From NCBI RefSeq assembly GCF_944324615.1, contig NZ_CALUWY010000003.1:20559-84558 (forward strand): a stretch of 64,000 nucleotides of DNA. Reading direction: 5' to 3'. Within the stretch, counting starts at the first letter, position 1. Every line of letters starts with the position of its first letter. Of the stretch, positions 20,368-31,390 are shown in pieces. This DNA is from an uncultured Mailhella sp. GTDB taxonomy: Bacteria; Desulfobacterota; Desulfovibrionia; Desulfovibrionales; Desulfovibrionaceae. A program made the translations under genes and the position numbers. The notes under the pieces are model-generated. The model searched no databases. It had not been told where the DNA came from and saw only the letters and a program-made list of their open reading frames with translations.

Positions 20368-21348
20368 TCAGGGCTGAGCAACTTTCTCCACAAGATGCAT
20401 GCCTATGCCGTTGCGGCCTTTCCGCTTGGCCTGGTACAGGGCCTCGTCCGCACGCTTGATGAAGCTGTCCAGCGATTCCGGCGCGGAGAACTGCGTCACG
20501 CCGAAGCTGCATGTCAGCCCGATGCCGTGAGGAAAATTCCGGCAGTCGTGCACGGCGTCACGGATGCGTTCGGCAAAGGCCATGGCCCCTTCCCAGTCTA
20601 CCATGGGGAGCAGAATCACGAACTCCTCTCCCCCGATGCGGGCAACGACGTCTTCCTCCCGGCAACAGTTCCGGAAACCTGCAGCAAGAACTTTCAGAAC
20701 GGCATCCCCTGCGTCGTGCCCGAAGGTGTCGTTGATCTTCTTGAAAAAATCCACGTCGATCATGACCACGGAAACCGGCTGTTCATGCCGGACGCTCAGC
20801 TTCATCCATTCCAGCGTGCGCTTCTCAAAGGCCCGCCGGTTGAGCAGACCGGTCAGAGGATCGGTATAGCTCATCCTGCGCAGTTCCGCCTGCACCCTCT
20901 CAAGTTCCGCGATCTTCTCCGCAAGCGCCCTTTCCATGATCTTGATGTCGGAAACATCCACCAGGTTGCCTACCAGCCCCTTCTCTCCCGTGGAAGGCAC
21001 GGAAAAGCCCTTGCTCCAGTACAATGCATGCCGTGGACCGGCATACGCAGGGCTTACGGTCTCGTAATGAACAACGCTTCCGTTGCGGATGGCGGCCACA
21101 TCCTCGCGCTGGCATCTTTCCCGGGACTCAGGGGAAAGAAACTCAAGATCCAGCACCGTTTTCCCCAGCAGATCTCTGCGGTCGACATGAAAAAAGTCTT
21201 CATAGGCCTTGTTGAAGAAGCAGAAGCGGGCATCGGCGGATTTGGCGAAAACAGGTGTCGGCAGTTCGTCCAGCACGGCTTCAAGAAAACAGATTCTGCG
21301 GGATAGCTGTTCTATGATTTTTGTGTCGTCGTCATTCATCGTGTTCAC
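20368..21348 (-). CDS. PAS-domain diguanylate cyclase
   Basis: PAS (LPTPVFAK...FFNKAY), DPLTGLLNRR, DVDFFKKINDTFGH..GD, RxxD I-site (REED), GGEEF. Confidence 0.92.
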   Translation of the reverse strand: MNTMNDDDTKIIEQLSRRICFLEAVLDELPTPVFAKSADARFCFFNKAYEDFFHVDRRDLLGKTVLDLEFLSPESRERCQREDVAAIRNGSVVHYETVSPAYAGPRHALYWSKGFSVPSTGEKGLVGNLVDVSDIKIMERALAEKIAELERVQAELRRMSYTDPLTGLLNRRAFEKRTLEWMKLSVRHEQPVSVVMIDVDFFKKINDTFGHDAGDAVLKVLAAGFRNCCREEDVVARIGGEEFVILLPMVDWEGAMAFAERIRDAVHDCRNFPHGIGLTCSFGVTQFSAPESLDSFIKRADEALYQAKRKGRNGIGMHLVEKVAQP

Positions 21349-21621
21349 CCTGAAAACAGCCGTTGCAGCATTTCTGTCGACAAAAAACGGCCTGTTTCCA
21401 TGAAACAGTCACTTTTTCTCTTTGTATATCCGTATTTATCTTTTAGCAACCATCCTCCCGCATATTGCACGAAAAAAAATGACATACCGAAGCATCGAAA
21501 AATACCCATCATGGATATATTCTTTTATTTTTCCATAAAAAAAACATTAATGATGCATTTATTGGTTGAAACAGTTTCCGATTTTTATTCTATATAAAAA
21601 TATTTCTTTTTTTATTTTTTA

Positions 21622-22357
21622 GGCTCTTGACTAGCTGAGAGGATGTTCTCTGAGCATTTTTAACACCAAAAGATAGATGTTTTCCTGTCTATGGTTAAAC
21701 CGAAACTCGCATTCCTTCAAGTGGAAATAAAAAGTATGCTTCGGGAGCCCACGAAATCGAATCAGTCGAGTTTTAGCAAAACCCCAGAAACTTTCTATCC
21801 CATTTATATGCGAGTGTTTAGTGGCAAATTCGTTATGGGAATGCTGGACACGAAAGTGCTTCTGATTCCCCAAATCCACCAGTCCGTCATACCCACGCCA
21901 TCCGTCTGAGTGAATGACACTTTCCAGGTCTACACGTCCTCGGATAATCCCCTGGAGAGTGGCCTTGGAGCAATCAGGAACGATTTCTGTATAGACTTTA
22001 TCGTTACGTTTGAACAGGCCGAAAACAATGGTTTTTCCACGTGCTCCACGACCTCGAACTCCTCGAACACGTCGTGCTCCGAAGTAGCTTTCATCGACTT
22101 CAATCTCACCTTTTACAGGAGATTCCGCTTCACAGTATCGGGCGATTCTTTCCCTGAAAGCCGACACATAGCGGTTAACGGTATTACGGTTGACACCAGA
22201 CAATTCTGCAATCTGAGAAGCCGTCAAATCGACAGAAAAAAGCTTCACAAGTTGCCGAATTTTTGCCTCAGAAATTCTTGAACGATACGCATACTTGTTT
22301 TTCATTGCCATGACTAACCAGATAACCTTTTTAGGTCCTTTCAGCTAGTCAAGAGCC
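21622..22357 (-). mobile_element. IS1595-family insertion sequence (736 bp)
   Basis: Terminal inverted repeats GGCTCTTGACTAGCTGAGAGGA (21622) and TCCTTTCAGCTAGTCAAGAGCC (ends 22357), 21 of 22 matching; single transposase; AT-rich; no flanking direct repeat. Confidence 0.92.
21631..22311 (-). CDS. IS1595-family DDE transposase
   Basis: N-terminal HTH, EVDESYFG, RGRGA.GKT.VFG, IHSDGW..Y, HINGIESFW, YLKECEFRFNHR-type C-terminus. Confidence 0.93.
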   Translation of the reverse strand: MAMKNKYAYRSRISEAKIRQLVKLFSVDLTASQIAELSGVNRNTVNRYVSAFRERIARYCEAESPVKGEIEVDESYFGARRVRGVRGRGARGKTIVFGLFKRNDKVYTEIVPDCSKATLQGIIRGRVDLESVIHSDGWRGYDGLVDLGNQKHFRVQHSHNEFATKHSHINGIESFWGFAKTRLIRFRGLPKHTFYFHLKECEFRFNHRQENIYLLVLKMLREHPLS

Positions 22358-25300
22358 ATACCGTCCATATCAGTGCTGCAGAAGTTACTTACGGGGGAAC
22401 CGATACTTGGGGTAATCCGCTCATTGTGAATGAGAATAAGGATGGCTTCACTCTTGCCTATAGCTCCTACAATGGAGGCGGATCGCAATCGTTTGCTCCT
22501 GGATATGGAGATGGAGCCCCGTCTCGTCCGGCACCTGAAACGGACTGGGGACTGACGGTCAACGGTGGTGCAGATGAGGACTGGGAAATTCAGGAAAATG
22601 GTACTACCAGTGAGGCAGTCGTCATCGAGCTGGATGGCTATGCTTACGGTATAACCGTCAATTTCGGAGCTTTCTTCTCCGGTGGAAGTAATACCGGCAC
22701 AGGGTGGGATACGAAGTCTGAAAAGGCTCTTATCGCCTTCTATAAGGATGGACAGCTGGTTTACTCCACAGTGGAGGAAGGAACTCAGTCCGGTGAGTTT
22801 GTTTACAATACCGGAGATGTCGTTCTTGAGGGATTTGACAGAGTAGTCATTTCTGCTGTGGATAATGGCGAAAACAGCGACTTCACCATTCAGGGCATCG
22901 ACTTCATCACCAAGCGCGACAACCCCATCATCGTCAGCGAAGGTACGGTGACGGCTGAGTCCGGTGCGGACGGCTTTGCCGACGTCTATGCGGACAGTCA
23001 TGTGCGCTTCGACCTCGCCGGCATGGTGAACGAAGGAACGCTCAGTGACGACGGCAACTCCGGTGACATCACGGTTCTGATGGGCGGGCAGGAACAGAAG
23101 GTGACGCTGACGCTCAGCGAAGGTCCTTCCGGCGAATCCATCCTGACCGGTACGATGGAGGAAGGCGAGCAGCTCTTCACCGCCACGCTGGATGAGAACG
23201 GCAGCTGGACCATGGAACAGTACGAACAGTTCCGCGTGCCCGGTGAAGAGGGGCAGTCTTCCAACCAGTTCGAGCTGGCCTTCAAGACCGAAGACGCCGA
23301 CGGCGACGTCGTCAGTACTACGGTAGACGTACCTCTGGAAGTGGTGGACCAGACGCCTGGCCTTGATAGTCCCATCGACAACGGCAACGACAGCATCACC
23401 ATCGCCGGCGGTGACGGCGTTGCCGGCACCGTGGCCGCAGGCGATACCGGCGGCGTGGTCGAAGGCCAGCAGGTGGCGGCCAACTACAATGTCTGCTTCA
23501 TTCTGGATATGTCCACCAGCATGACGAACAACAGGATTGGAGGCGATGGTCCTGACAGTAGGCTGAACAGACTTGAAGCGGCTGAACAGAGCATTCAGAA
23601 CTTCATTACGAGCATTGAAGGAAACACGGACTTTACCGACGGCAGCGTGACTGTCGCAGTCATTCCCTTTGCTGAAGACGCAGCCAATCCTATCGAAATA
23701 ACGATTACCAAGGTGGCAGGTGCAACAACATATTCCTATGAAGGCAGAAGCTATGCCTCTTTCGAGGCTTTCAGCAGAAGCTTCGTGAATGACATAAACA
23801 GGGCAGATGTTGATAGTACCTCCGTTACAGACTATGGCCCTGCCTTTTCCAAGGCGGCCGCCTGGTTTGATAAGCTTGGCGATAGTGTTGAAAACGCTAC
23901 GGGCAATATCACGTATTTCCTGACGGACGGTCGTCCGGCGGGAGCGGGTACCGATGATGCTTACAAGGACGATTATCAGAGAGCGTGGAATGCCTATCAG
24001 GAACTGCTGTCCGCTCAGGGTGATGGCCACATCAATATCCATGCCATCGGCTTCGGTAACGATTTGTCGGACGCGGACATGGAAAACCTTGCCATGTTCG
24101 ACAACACCGCCCAGACTGTGGGTGACGCTCATGCTGCCAACGGCTGGTTTGAATCCTCGGACGGTGTGTATGCCCCCGGTGGCATAACATATGAACATCC
24201 TGAATCCATTGACCGCAGTGCAACCTATTATGTGGAGATTCAGGGTAGCCTGCAGGAAGTCACCTACTCTTCTTGGCATAGGGAATGGGGCTATCGTTCG
24301 GGATGGTCTTGGAGGTCGGTTGATGAGGGAAGTCTCCTCGAACAGGTCATTGTTTCCGTCAATGGTGGTACCAGTCAGCAGGTGACTGATACCAGCAGCC
24401 TGAGCGCCGCCTTTGAAAGCGGTTTCAAGCCGGGCGCGCTGGTTGCCGTTGGTAGCGACGAGATCACGGCGGCGGATTCCGCCTCGTCCGTCATCGTGTA
24501 CGGCGACGTGCAGAACACCGACCGTCTGCTGTATGATCTGAACCAGAATACCACTATTCAGGCCGCCCTGGTGGCTGCCGGTATCGGCTACGGCTCCGGT
24601 GCGGAAGTGTTCCAGTGGTTGGAGAACCAGGACAACGCCTCCCTGCTTGCAGGCACGAAGTACCAAGGCTGGACGCATACCGACACCGTGGATTACATGC
24701 TGGAGCATGCCGAGGAGCTGGGCTACGAGACCCGCGTGGATGGCACCGGCGACTTCTACCTTGTGAATGCGCACGGCGATGTGTGGAACATGGACGGCTC
24801 GGAAGCCGGGGGCGTTGAGCTGGCAGGCCTCACCGGCCGCGAAGACGGCAACGACACCATCACCGGCAGCGGTGCGGATGACGTCATCTTCGGTCAGGAA
24901 GGCAACGACACCATCCATGGCGGTGCGGGCGACGATGCCATCTACGGCGGCAGCGGCAACGACACCATCCATGGCGATGCGGGCAACGACTACATCGACG
25001 GCGGTGCGGGAGCCGACACCATCTACGGCGGCGAAGGCAACGACATCATCGTGTACGACGCAAACGACGTGCTGGTGAATGGTGGTGAAGGCATCGACTT
25101 CATGGTGTCCACGGACAGTGACCTTACGCTGGATGCGCTGCTTGCGGGCGGCGAGGGCAAGCCCAATGTGGACGGCATAGAAGTGCTCATCACGGGCAGT
25201 GATGCCCTCAGCCTGACCAGTATGGAAAAGCTGGCTGCCGATTACGGCATCAGCATCAGTGTTGATGCAAGCGGCAATGAGACCCTTACGCTGGATATGA

Positions 25301-25464
25301 CGAAGTGGACGGAGCAGCATGACGGCACCTACGACTTCAAAGGCGAGGCGGATCTTACCCTGCAGCTGGATGCCGGCACCGGCGCAGCCCTTCAGAATGT
25401 GACGAGCGTTGACGATGCCGCCGCACAGCAGCAGGTGTTCCTGCTCCAGAACAGCAACGGTTAA
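22358..25464 (+). CDS. T1SS-secreted vWA/RTX adhesin, 5'-truncated (possible pseudogene)
   Basis: Frame is open from the IS boundary, upstream of the GTG at 22426, and has no clear RBS. Acidic Gly/Thr-rich beta domains, vWA with MIDAS (DMSTS, TDYG, LTDG), RTX nonapeptides, C-terminal T1SS-like signal. Confidence 0.85.
24844..25050 (+). repeat. RTX/hemolysin-type Ca-binding nonapeptide repeats
   Basis: GNDTITGSG ADDVIFGQE GNDTIHGGA GDDAIYGGS GNDTIHGDA GNDYIDGGA GADTIYGGE GND. Confidence 0.92.
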
Positions 25465-25471
25465 CCATGAT

Positions 25472-25504
25472 CCGGGGCGGCCTTCGGGCCGCCCCGGCCT
25501 TTTT
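25472..25504 (+). terminator. Rho-independent terminator after adhesin
   Basis: CCGGGGCGGCC-TTCG-GGCCGCCCCGG followed by CCTTTTT. Confidence 0.8.
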
Positions 25505-25680
25505 CCGGCGGTCCTGCCTTTGCGGTGCGGACCGCTTTTTCATGGGGAGGCCGGCGCAGGTGAGCCGATGCAGCATTGCCGGTACGGAATGTTCTGAGGT
25601 ATATTCGGGCAGAGACTCCGTTCCGGAGCCTGCGCCTTTTTCCCGCGGGATGAAAACGCGGGCCGCCAGGGGAAGGGAAT

Positions 25681-26787
25681 ATGCGGATTTTGTTTGTCAA
25701 CCACGCTTTTCCAGGCACGTTCGGCGCGCTGGCGGCTGCATTTGCCGCGGGCGGGCATGAGGTGCTTTTCGCCTCCGGCTTCCGGCGGCGGGATTTTACC
25801 CTGGCAGGAGTGCGTCATGTCGTACTGGCCTCTTCCCGGGAGGCGCGTGCAGGGGGAAGTTCCCGGTATGCCCCCGGTCTGGAAGGCGCGATTTCCGTGG
25901 GAAGCCATGCGCTTCATGCCTTCAGGCGGCTCGGGGAAAGCGGCATGGCGCCGGATATGATCGTTCTTTCCGCCAGCGACGGCTACGGCCTTTTCTGTGA
26001 AGAGGCCTTTCCTCATGCTTTTCGTGTGGGCTGGGCGGAAGGGGCGAAGGCTTTTCTGACGGAAAAAGCGCGGGGGGAACCCACCTTTACCCGCCATCTT
26101 CTGCAATGCCGCCATGCCCTGAGCAGTCACCTTGTTCTGTGCCCCGGCACGGGCGAAAGGAGTCTTTTTTCCTCCCGCCTTGCCCATGGAAGGGATGTGC
26201 CCTGTCCGGTGAATACCGGGTGGTTTTCCCCGGGAGAAAAGAGGCGGCCGGAACTTGTGCTGTTCCACGCGGGCAGGGACGGCGCGGCGGAAGATCTGAC
26301 CATGGTCGCGGGCCTTCTCACGGCGCGCGGCACATGCCGTGCCGCGGTACTTTGCGACGGCCCCTCGGTACGGGAACAGTGGATGCAGGCGTGCGCCGCC
26401 CTGCCGGAAAAAAGTCGGCCGTATGTGCCGGGCCAGCTTTCTCTTGAGGAATACCGGAGCCTTCTGCGCGGTGCCTCTCTGGTGATGTTTCCCCGCCCCG
26501 ACCTGCCCAGTTCCGTACTGCTGGAAGCCATGAGCTGCGGGGTTGTTCCCGTACTGCCCGAAGGCGCGGGGCCTTCCTTCCTGCATCACGGGAAAAACGC
26601 CTTTTTCTTCCGTACGGGAGAAGAGAGCGGACGCTTCCTTTCCGCTCTTCTGGACGGGGAGCTTGCTTCCGTGCAGGATGCGGCGCGGCGGGATGTGCTG
26701 GCCCGCTTCGAACAGAAGAACGTGACGGCGCTGCACATGAAGCTTCTGCTCGACGAGTATGCCCGGTGGAAGAACAAAGGTTGCTGA
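25681..26787 (+). CDS. Glycosyltransferase family 4 (GT-B)
   Basis: MRILFVNHAFPGTF..LA..FA.GGHEV N-terminus and LLEAMSCG motif. Confidence 0.8.
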   Translation: MRILFVNHAFPGTFGALAAAFAAGGHEVLFASGFRRRDFTLAGVRHVVLASSREARAGGSSRYAPGLEGAISVGSHALHAFRRLGESGMAPDMIVLSASDGYGLFCEEAFPHAFRVGWAEGAKAFLTEKARGEPTFTRHLLQCRHALSSHLVLCPGTGERSLFSSRLAHGRDVPCPVNTGWFSPGEKRRPELVLFHAGRDGAAEDLTMVAGLLTARGTCRAAVLCDGPSVREQWMQACAALPEKSRPYVPGQLSLEEYRSLLRGASLVMFPRPDLPSSVLLEAMSCGVVPVLPEGAGPSFLHHGKNAFFFRTGEESGRFLSALLDGELASVQDAARRDVLARFEQKNVTALHMKLLLDEYARWKNKGC

Positions 26788-26933
26788 GTCCGGCGGCCGT
26801 TCCTGGGGAAGCTCAGGCGGAAGGACTGCGGACTTTTTGTCTTCCATGGGCTGCCGTCCATTGACACCCTTTGCCCGCCCTTATTAAAAACAGCTTCGGG
26901 CATGCCCGTGAGGGCAGCCTGAAGAGGTGCATC

Positions 26934-29351
26934 ATGAGTGAATCCCCCACGTCTGTTTCCACCGCTGCGGCGATGGCTCCGCTTTCTCCTTCGGAAGTGG
27001 ATTTCATGCCCGCTCTTTTACGCAGCCTTTCCGTTCTCATACGTCTGAAGGGCAGGCATGTTTCCCCGCAGTTTTTGCTGGCGGGGCTTTCCGGTTCCGA
27101 AAAAATAAGCGCCGGGGCCTGCCTGCGCGCCGCAGAAAGGGCGGGGCTGAAGGGGAGGGTGATGTGCCGTCCGAAGCTCGACGATATTTCTCCGCTCACG
27201 TTTCCCTGCATTCTGCTTTTAAAGGGCGACTCCTCCTGTGTGCTCACGAAGCTGGACAAGGAAAACGCCACCGTCATCCTGCCGGAACTGGGGGATGAGG
27301 AGCAGACCATGTCCCGTGCTGTTCTGGAGGAACAGTATTCCGGCTACGCCGTGTTCGGCGCGCTGGAAAGCCGGGCCGACGCCCGCACGGAGCCCGTGCG
27401 CCGCAAGGAAAGCAAACGCTGGTTCTGGGATGTGCTGCGCTTTTACATGCCCATTTACCGGCATGTGGCCCTTGCCAGCGTGGTGGTGAACACCATTGCC
27501 GTGGTCAGTTCCCTCTTTGTGATGAACGTGTACGACAGGGTTATTCCCAACAGCGCCTATGAAACGCTCTGGGTGCTCGCCGCAGGCGTGACGCTTGCCT
27601 ATGTGTTCGATTTTCTTCTGCGCACCATGCGCAGCCATTTTGTGGATCTCGCGGGTCGCAACGCCGATGTGGTGCTTTCCAGCAAGCTCATCGACAAGGT
27701 GCTCTCCATGCGCATGGACGCCAAGCCCGAATCCACGGGTGCGCTGGTGAACAACCTGCGGGAGTTTGAGTCGCTGCGCGAGTTCTTCAGCTCCACCACC
27801 TTCCTTGCATGCATCGACATTCCCTTCCTTGTGCTGTTTTTCGTGCTGCTTGCCTTCATCGGCGGGCCGCTTGTGGCGCTTCCCCTTGTGGCCATGCCCG
27901 TGCTGCTCGGCGTGGGCGTCTATCTGCAGATGGCCGCGCGCAGAAGTGCGGAAAAAAGCTACCGCCACAACATGCAGAAAAACGCCCTGCTGGTGGAAAT
28001 GGTGAACGGCCTGGAAACCGTGAAGGGCTGCATGGCCGAAAGCCGCATGCAGCGCCTGTGGGAAGCTGTGGCCGGTATTTCCGCCCAGTCCTCCAATGAG
28101 GCGCGTAAATACAGTTCCCGGGCCGTGAGCTTCGCCACCTTCACCACGCAGATGGTCACGGTGGGCATGGTCATCTGGGGCGTGTACCGCATAGGCGCGG
28201 GCGAAATGAGCATGGGCGGGCTCATAGGCTGCAACATCCTTGTGGGCCGCATCATGGCTCCGCTGCTTCAGCTCGCCTCGCTCCTGACCAGACTCCAGAA
28301 TTCCCGCGTGTCGCTCAAGGCGCTGGACATGCTCATGGAACTTCCTTCGGAAAATCAGGATCAGTCCGCCTGCATGGATTTCGGCTCCCTTTCCGGTGAG
28401 TTCGTCATGGACAACGTGACCTTCACCTACCCCGGGGCGCAGACGCCCGCTCTCAACGGCGTAAGCCTGCGTATACGTCCGGGCGAAAAGGTGGGTATCA
28501 TCGGCAGAATGGGGTCGGGAAAAAGCTCCCTGGGCAAGCTGCTCATCGGGCTGTATCAGCCGGGCGAAGGCTCGGTTTCCTTTGGCGGGGTGGACATACG
28601 TCAGCTCGCTACGGCCGATCTGCGCAGCCGTGTGGGCTTTCTGCCGCAGGAGGTCATTCTTTTTTACGGCACGGTGCGCGACAATATCGCCCTGGGCGAC
28701 CCCACCATCAACGACCATCTCATTCTGCGGGCTTCCGCCATTTCCGGGGTGGCCGACATGGTGAAACGTCATCCTTCTGGGTATGGCGCGCAGGTGGGCG
28801 AACAGGGCCGCAACCTTTCCGGCGGGCAGAGGCAGGCCGTGGGCCTTGCGCGCGCTCTGGTGCGCGACCCCGACGTGCTCATTCTTGACGAACCCACCAG
28901 CAATATGGACGTGGATTCCGAACGCCTCGTCCAGCAGCGCCTTGCCCCCATACTGGGCGATAAAACGCTTATCCTCATCACGCACAGGCTCAGCATGCTG
29001 CGTATCGTGGACAGGCTCATCGTCATGGAAGCGGGCAAGGTGCTCATGGACGGCCCGCGTGATGCCGTGCTTGCGAAGCTTCAGGAAGGGCGATCCGCAC
29101 GCCGTGCCCGGTCTGGAGAGACGAAGGACCCGCGGGAAGGCGGACCTTCCGCGGCTGCAGAGGTTCGGAAGGAAAAAGCGGCTCAGCCGGAAAAGGCCGA
29201 CAGCGTCGCGCAGGGCAGGCTGTCGCGGAATATTTCCCTGAAGCCCGGGCCTGTAAAGGTCGCTGCTGTGCGACAGGGCGCGGCGGAAACATGTCCTTCC
29301 CTGGACAAGACAGGACAGAGCACGCCCGGAAACGGGAAAAACGCAGGATAG
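26934..29351 (+). CDS. Type I secretion ABC transporter (LapB/LssB-like, C39-like N-domain)
   Basis: C39-like domain (FPCILLL), VYDRVIP, Walker A GRMGSGKS, LSGGQRQ, LILDEPT, THR; start at ATG 26934 after GAGG. Confidence 0.93.
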   Translation: MSESPTSVSTAAAMAPLSPSEVDFMPALLRSLSVLIRLKGRHVSPQFLLAGLSGSEKISAGACLRAAERAGLKGRVMCRPKLDDISPLTFPCILLLKGDSSCVLTKLDKENATVILPELGDEEQTMSRAVLEEQYSGYAVFGALESRADARTEPVRRKESKRWFWDVLRFYMPIYRHVALASVVVNTIAVVSSLFVMNVYDRVIPNSAYETLWVLAAGVTLAYVFDFLLRTMRSHFVDLAGRNADVVLSSKLIDKVLSMRMDAKPESTGALVNNLREFESLREFFSSTTFLACIDIPFLVLFFVLLAFIGGPLVALPLVAMPVLLGVGVYLQMAARRSAEKSYRHNMQKNALLVEMVNGLETVKGCMAESRMQRLWEAVAGISAQSSNEARKYSSRAVSFATFTTQMVTVGMVIWGVYRIGAGEMSMGGLIGCNILVGRIMAPLLQLASLLTRLQNSRVSLKALDMLMELPSENQDQSACMDFGSLSGEFVMDNVTFTYPGAQTPALNGVSLRIRPGEKVGIIGRMGSGKSSLGKLLIGLYQPGEGSVSFGGVDIRQLATADLRSRVGFLPQEVILFYGTVRDNIALGDPTINDHLILRASAISGVADMVKRHPSGYGAQVGEQGRNLSGGQRQAVGLARALVRDPDVLILDEPTSNMDVDSERLVQQRLAPILGDKTLILITHRLSMLRIVDRLIVMEAGKVLMDGPRDAVLAKLQEGRSARRARSGETKDPREGGPSAAAEVRKEKAAQPEKADSVAQGRLSRNISLKPGPVKVAAVRQGAAETCPSLDKTGQSTPGNGKNAG

Positions 29352-29411
29352 CGGCCGGGCGCGGAGATGATCGACGCCGTATGAGACCATGCCGTAAAGG
29401 AAAATTTTTCC

Positions 29412-30908
29412 ATGGATGAAGAAATAAAGAACACGCCTGCCAGAGGCTCGGACGTTCCCCCGGAATCCGGGGCTGTTCCCGGCCAGGCTCCCGCACAGCC
29501 GCGGCCCGCACGGAGCCTTTTTGAGCCGGCTTCCCTTTCAAGCAGGCTGCTTCCCGAAGATCTGCCCTATGCGGCCGAGGTGGAAGCCGCCCTGGCCCGT
29601 CGTCCCACCAGAAAGGCCCGGTGGCTTTCTGTCGGGGTATTTCTGTTTTTCGCCTCGTTCATTGTCTGGGCGGGGTTTGCCACGCTCGATGAAGTCACCC
29701 GCGCGGAAGGGCAGGTGGTGCCCTCTTCCCGTACGCAGATCATTCAGAACCTTGAGGGCGGTATTTTGAGCGGGGTGGACGTGCATGAAGGTCAGATTGT
29801 GGAAAAAGGCGACGTGCTCGCCCGCCTGAACAATGAAATGGCGGAAAGCAACCTGCGCGACATGCTCTACAAGGCCATGGAAAACCTCATCGCCATACGG
29901 CGCCTGCGCGCTTCCGTATCCGGTACTCCCCTGGAATGGCCGGAAGATCTGCGCTCATGGCTGGAACGGGGTACGGGCTATCCCCTTACCGAAGATCAGC
30001 TGGAACAGGGGCGCAGGCTCACCAGAGTGCAGCAGGAAACCTATGCCGTGTACGAACGCCAGCGGGAATCCGAGCTCAATGTGCTTATGGCGCAGGCCGA
30101 GCAGCGCCGCCAGGAAGTGAAGGAGCAGCTTTCCCGCAAGGAACAGCTGACCAGGAGTCTTTCGCTGATACGTCAGCAGCTCAACATTGCCGAGCCTCTG
30201 CTGCAGCGGCGCAGCTATTCGCGCGTGCAGTACCTGGAACTTCAGGAACGCGCGGTGCAGGCTCAGGGGGAAATCGACACGCTCACCGTGTCCATTCCCC
30301 GCACGGAGGCGGCGGCCAGCGAGGCGGAACACCGCATGAATCTGCGCAAGGCGGAACTTGACGCCGTCATCATGGAGGAAATCAACAAGCGCAGTCTGGA
30401 ACTCGCTTCCCTGCGCGAAGGGCTTTCCGCCGGGAGCGACCGCGTGACCAGAACGGAACTTCGTTCTCCGGTGCGCGGCTCCGTGAAGCAGATTTATATC
30501 AACACCGTGGGCGGCGTGGTCAAACCCGGCGAACCCATCATGGAAATCGTGCCTCTGGACGATACGCTTCTGGTGGAAGCCAGAGTGCGCCCGGCGGACG
30601 TGGCCTTCCTGCACCCGGGGCAGAAGGCCATGGTCAAGGTCTCGGCCTATGATTATTCCATTTACGGCGGTCTGGACGGCGTGCTGGAACAGATAAGCGC
30701 CGACACCATAGAGGACAAGAAAGGCGAGTTCTACTATCTGGTGAAGGTGCGCACCCCGAAAACCGCCATCGTGTACCACGGGGAGGAACTGCCCATCATG
30801 CCCGGCATGATGACCACCGTGGATATCATGACGGGCAAGAAAACCGTGCTGGATTACCTGCTCAAGCCCATTCTCAAGGCCAAGCAGAACGCTCTGAGGG
30901 AAAAGTAA
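29412..30908 (+). CDS. HlyD family T1SS membrane fusion protein (LapC-like)
   Basis: Single TM, EVTRAEGQVVP, IQNLEGGI, SPVRGSVK, GGVVKPGE, PGM, KTVLDYLLKP. Confidence 0.94.
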   Translation: MDEEIKNTPARGSDVPPESGAVPGQAPAQPRPARSLFEPASLSSRLLPEDLPYAAEVEAALARRPTRKARWLSVGVFLFFASFIVWAGFATLDEVTRAEGQVVPSSRTQIIQNLEGGILSGVDVHEGQIVEKGDVLARLNNEMAESNLRDMLYKAMENLIAIRRLRASVSGTPLEWPEDLRSWLERGTGYPLTEDQLEQGRRLTRVQQETYAVYERQRESELNVLMAQAEQRRQEVKEQLSRKEQLTRSLSLIRQQLNIAEPLLQRRSYSRVQYLELQERAVQAQGEIDTLTVSIPRTEAAASEAEHRMNLRKAELDAVIMEEINKRSLELASLREGLSAGSDRVTRTELRSPVRGSVKQIYINTVGGVVKPGEPIMEIVPLDDTLLVEARVRPADVAFLHPGQKAMVKVSAYDYSIYGGLDGVLEQISADTIEDKKGEFYYLVKVRTPKTAIVYHGEELPIMPGMMTTVDIMTGKKTVLDYLLKPILKAKQNALREK

Positions 30909-31390
30909 CGGAAAGGAGGCTTCCGTTTCATCCCGTTCCCGGCCCGCAGAAGAATCCGGGGCGCATTGTGACATGGAATGCCGCCCCTTCTGGAAAGAAA
31001 AATAATCCGGTATGTTCTGAAGCAAAGCATGACAGGCAAGTTTCAGACAAAGAAAGAGAGCGTTTCGGGCAGGAAACTTGACCCGTTCTGAAAAGAAAGA
31101 TACGCTGTAAAAGCAGAGCGGCCATCAGAAAAAAAGTCGGCCGGGGCATGGTGTCGGCCTGATATTCAGGCGGAAAAAATTAACTACTGTATGGCGTGTA
31201 AAGGAATAAAAGATGTGCATTTTTCTGTGCATAAAAATTTTTTGTAAATATTTTCTGATATACAATACTTGTAAGGAATACAGGCTTCTGTATTGATAAT
31301 GGACTTCATGTAAAATAAGAGAAAACACGTTCAGAATAAGGAAGGGAAAAGACGGAAATGCTATTCCGCGCATGAAAGTGGAAAAAAATC

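Noticed and set aside
22345-25320. Long antisense ORFs opposite the adhesin (also opposite murA, lnt, comM, T1SS, kinases, cstA)
   Set aside because: Shadow ORFs from strong codon bias; no motifs or RBS.
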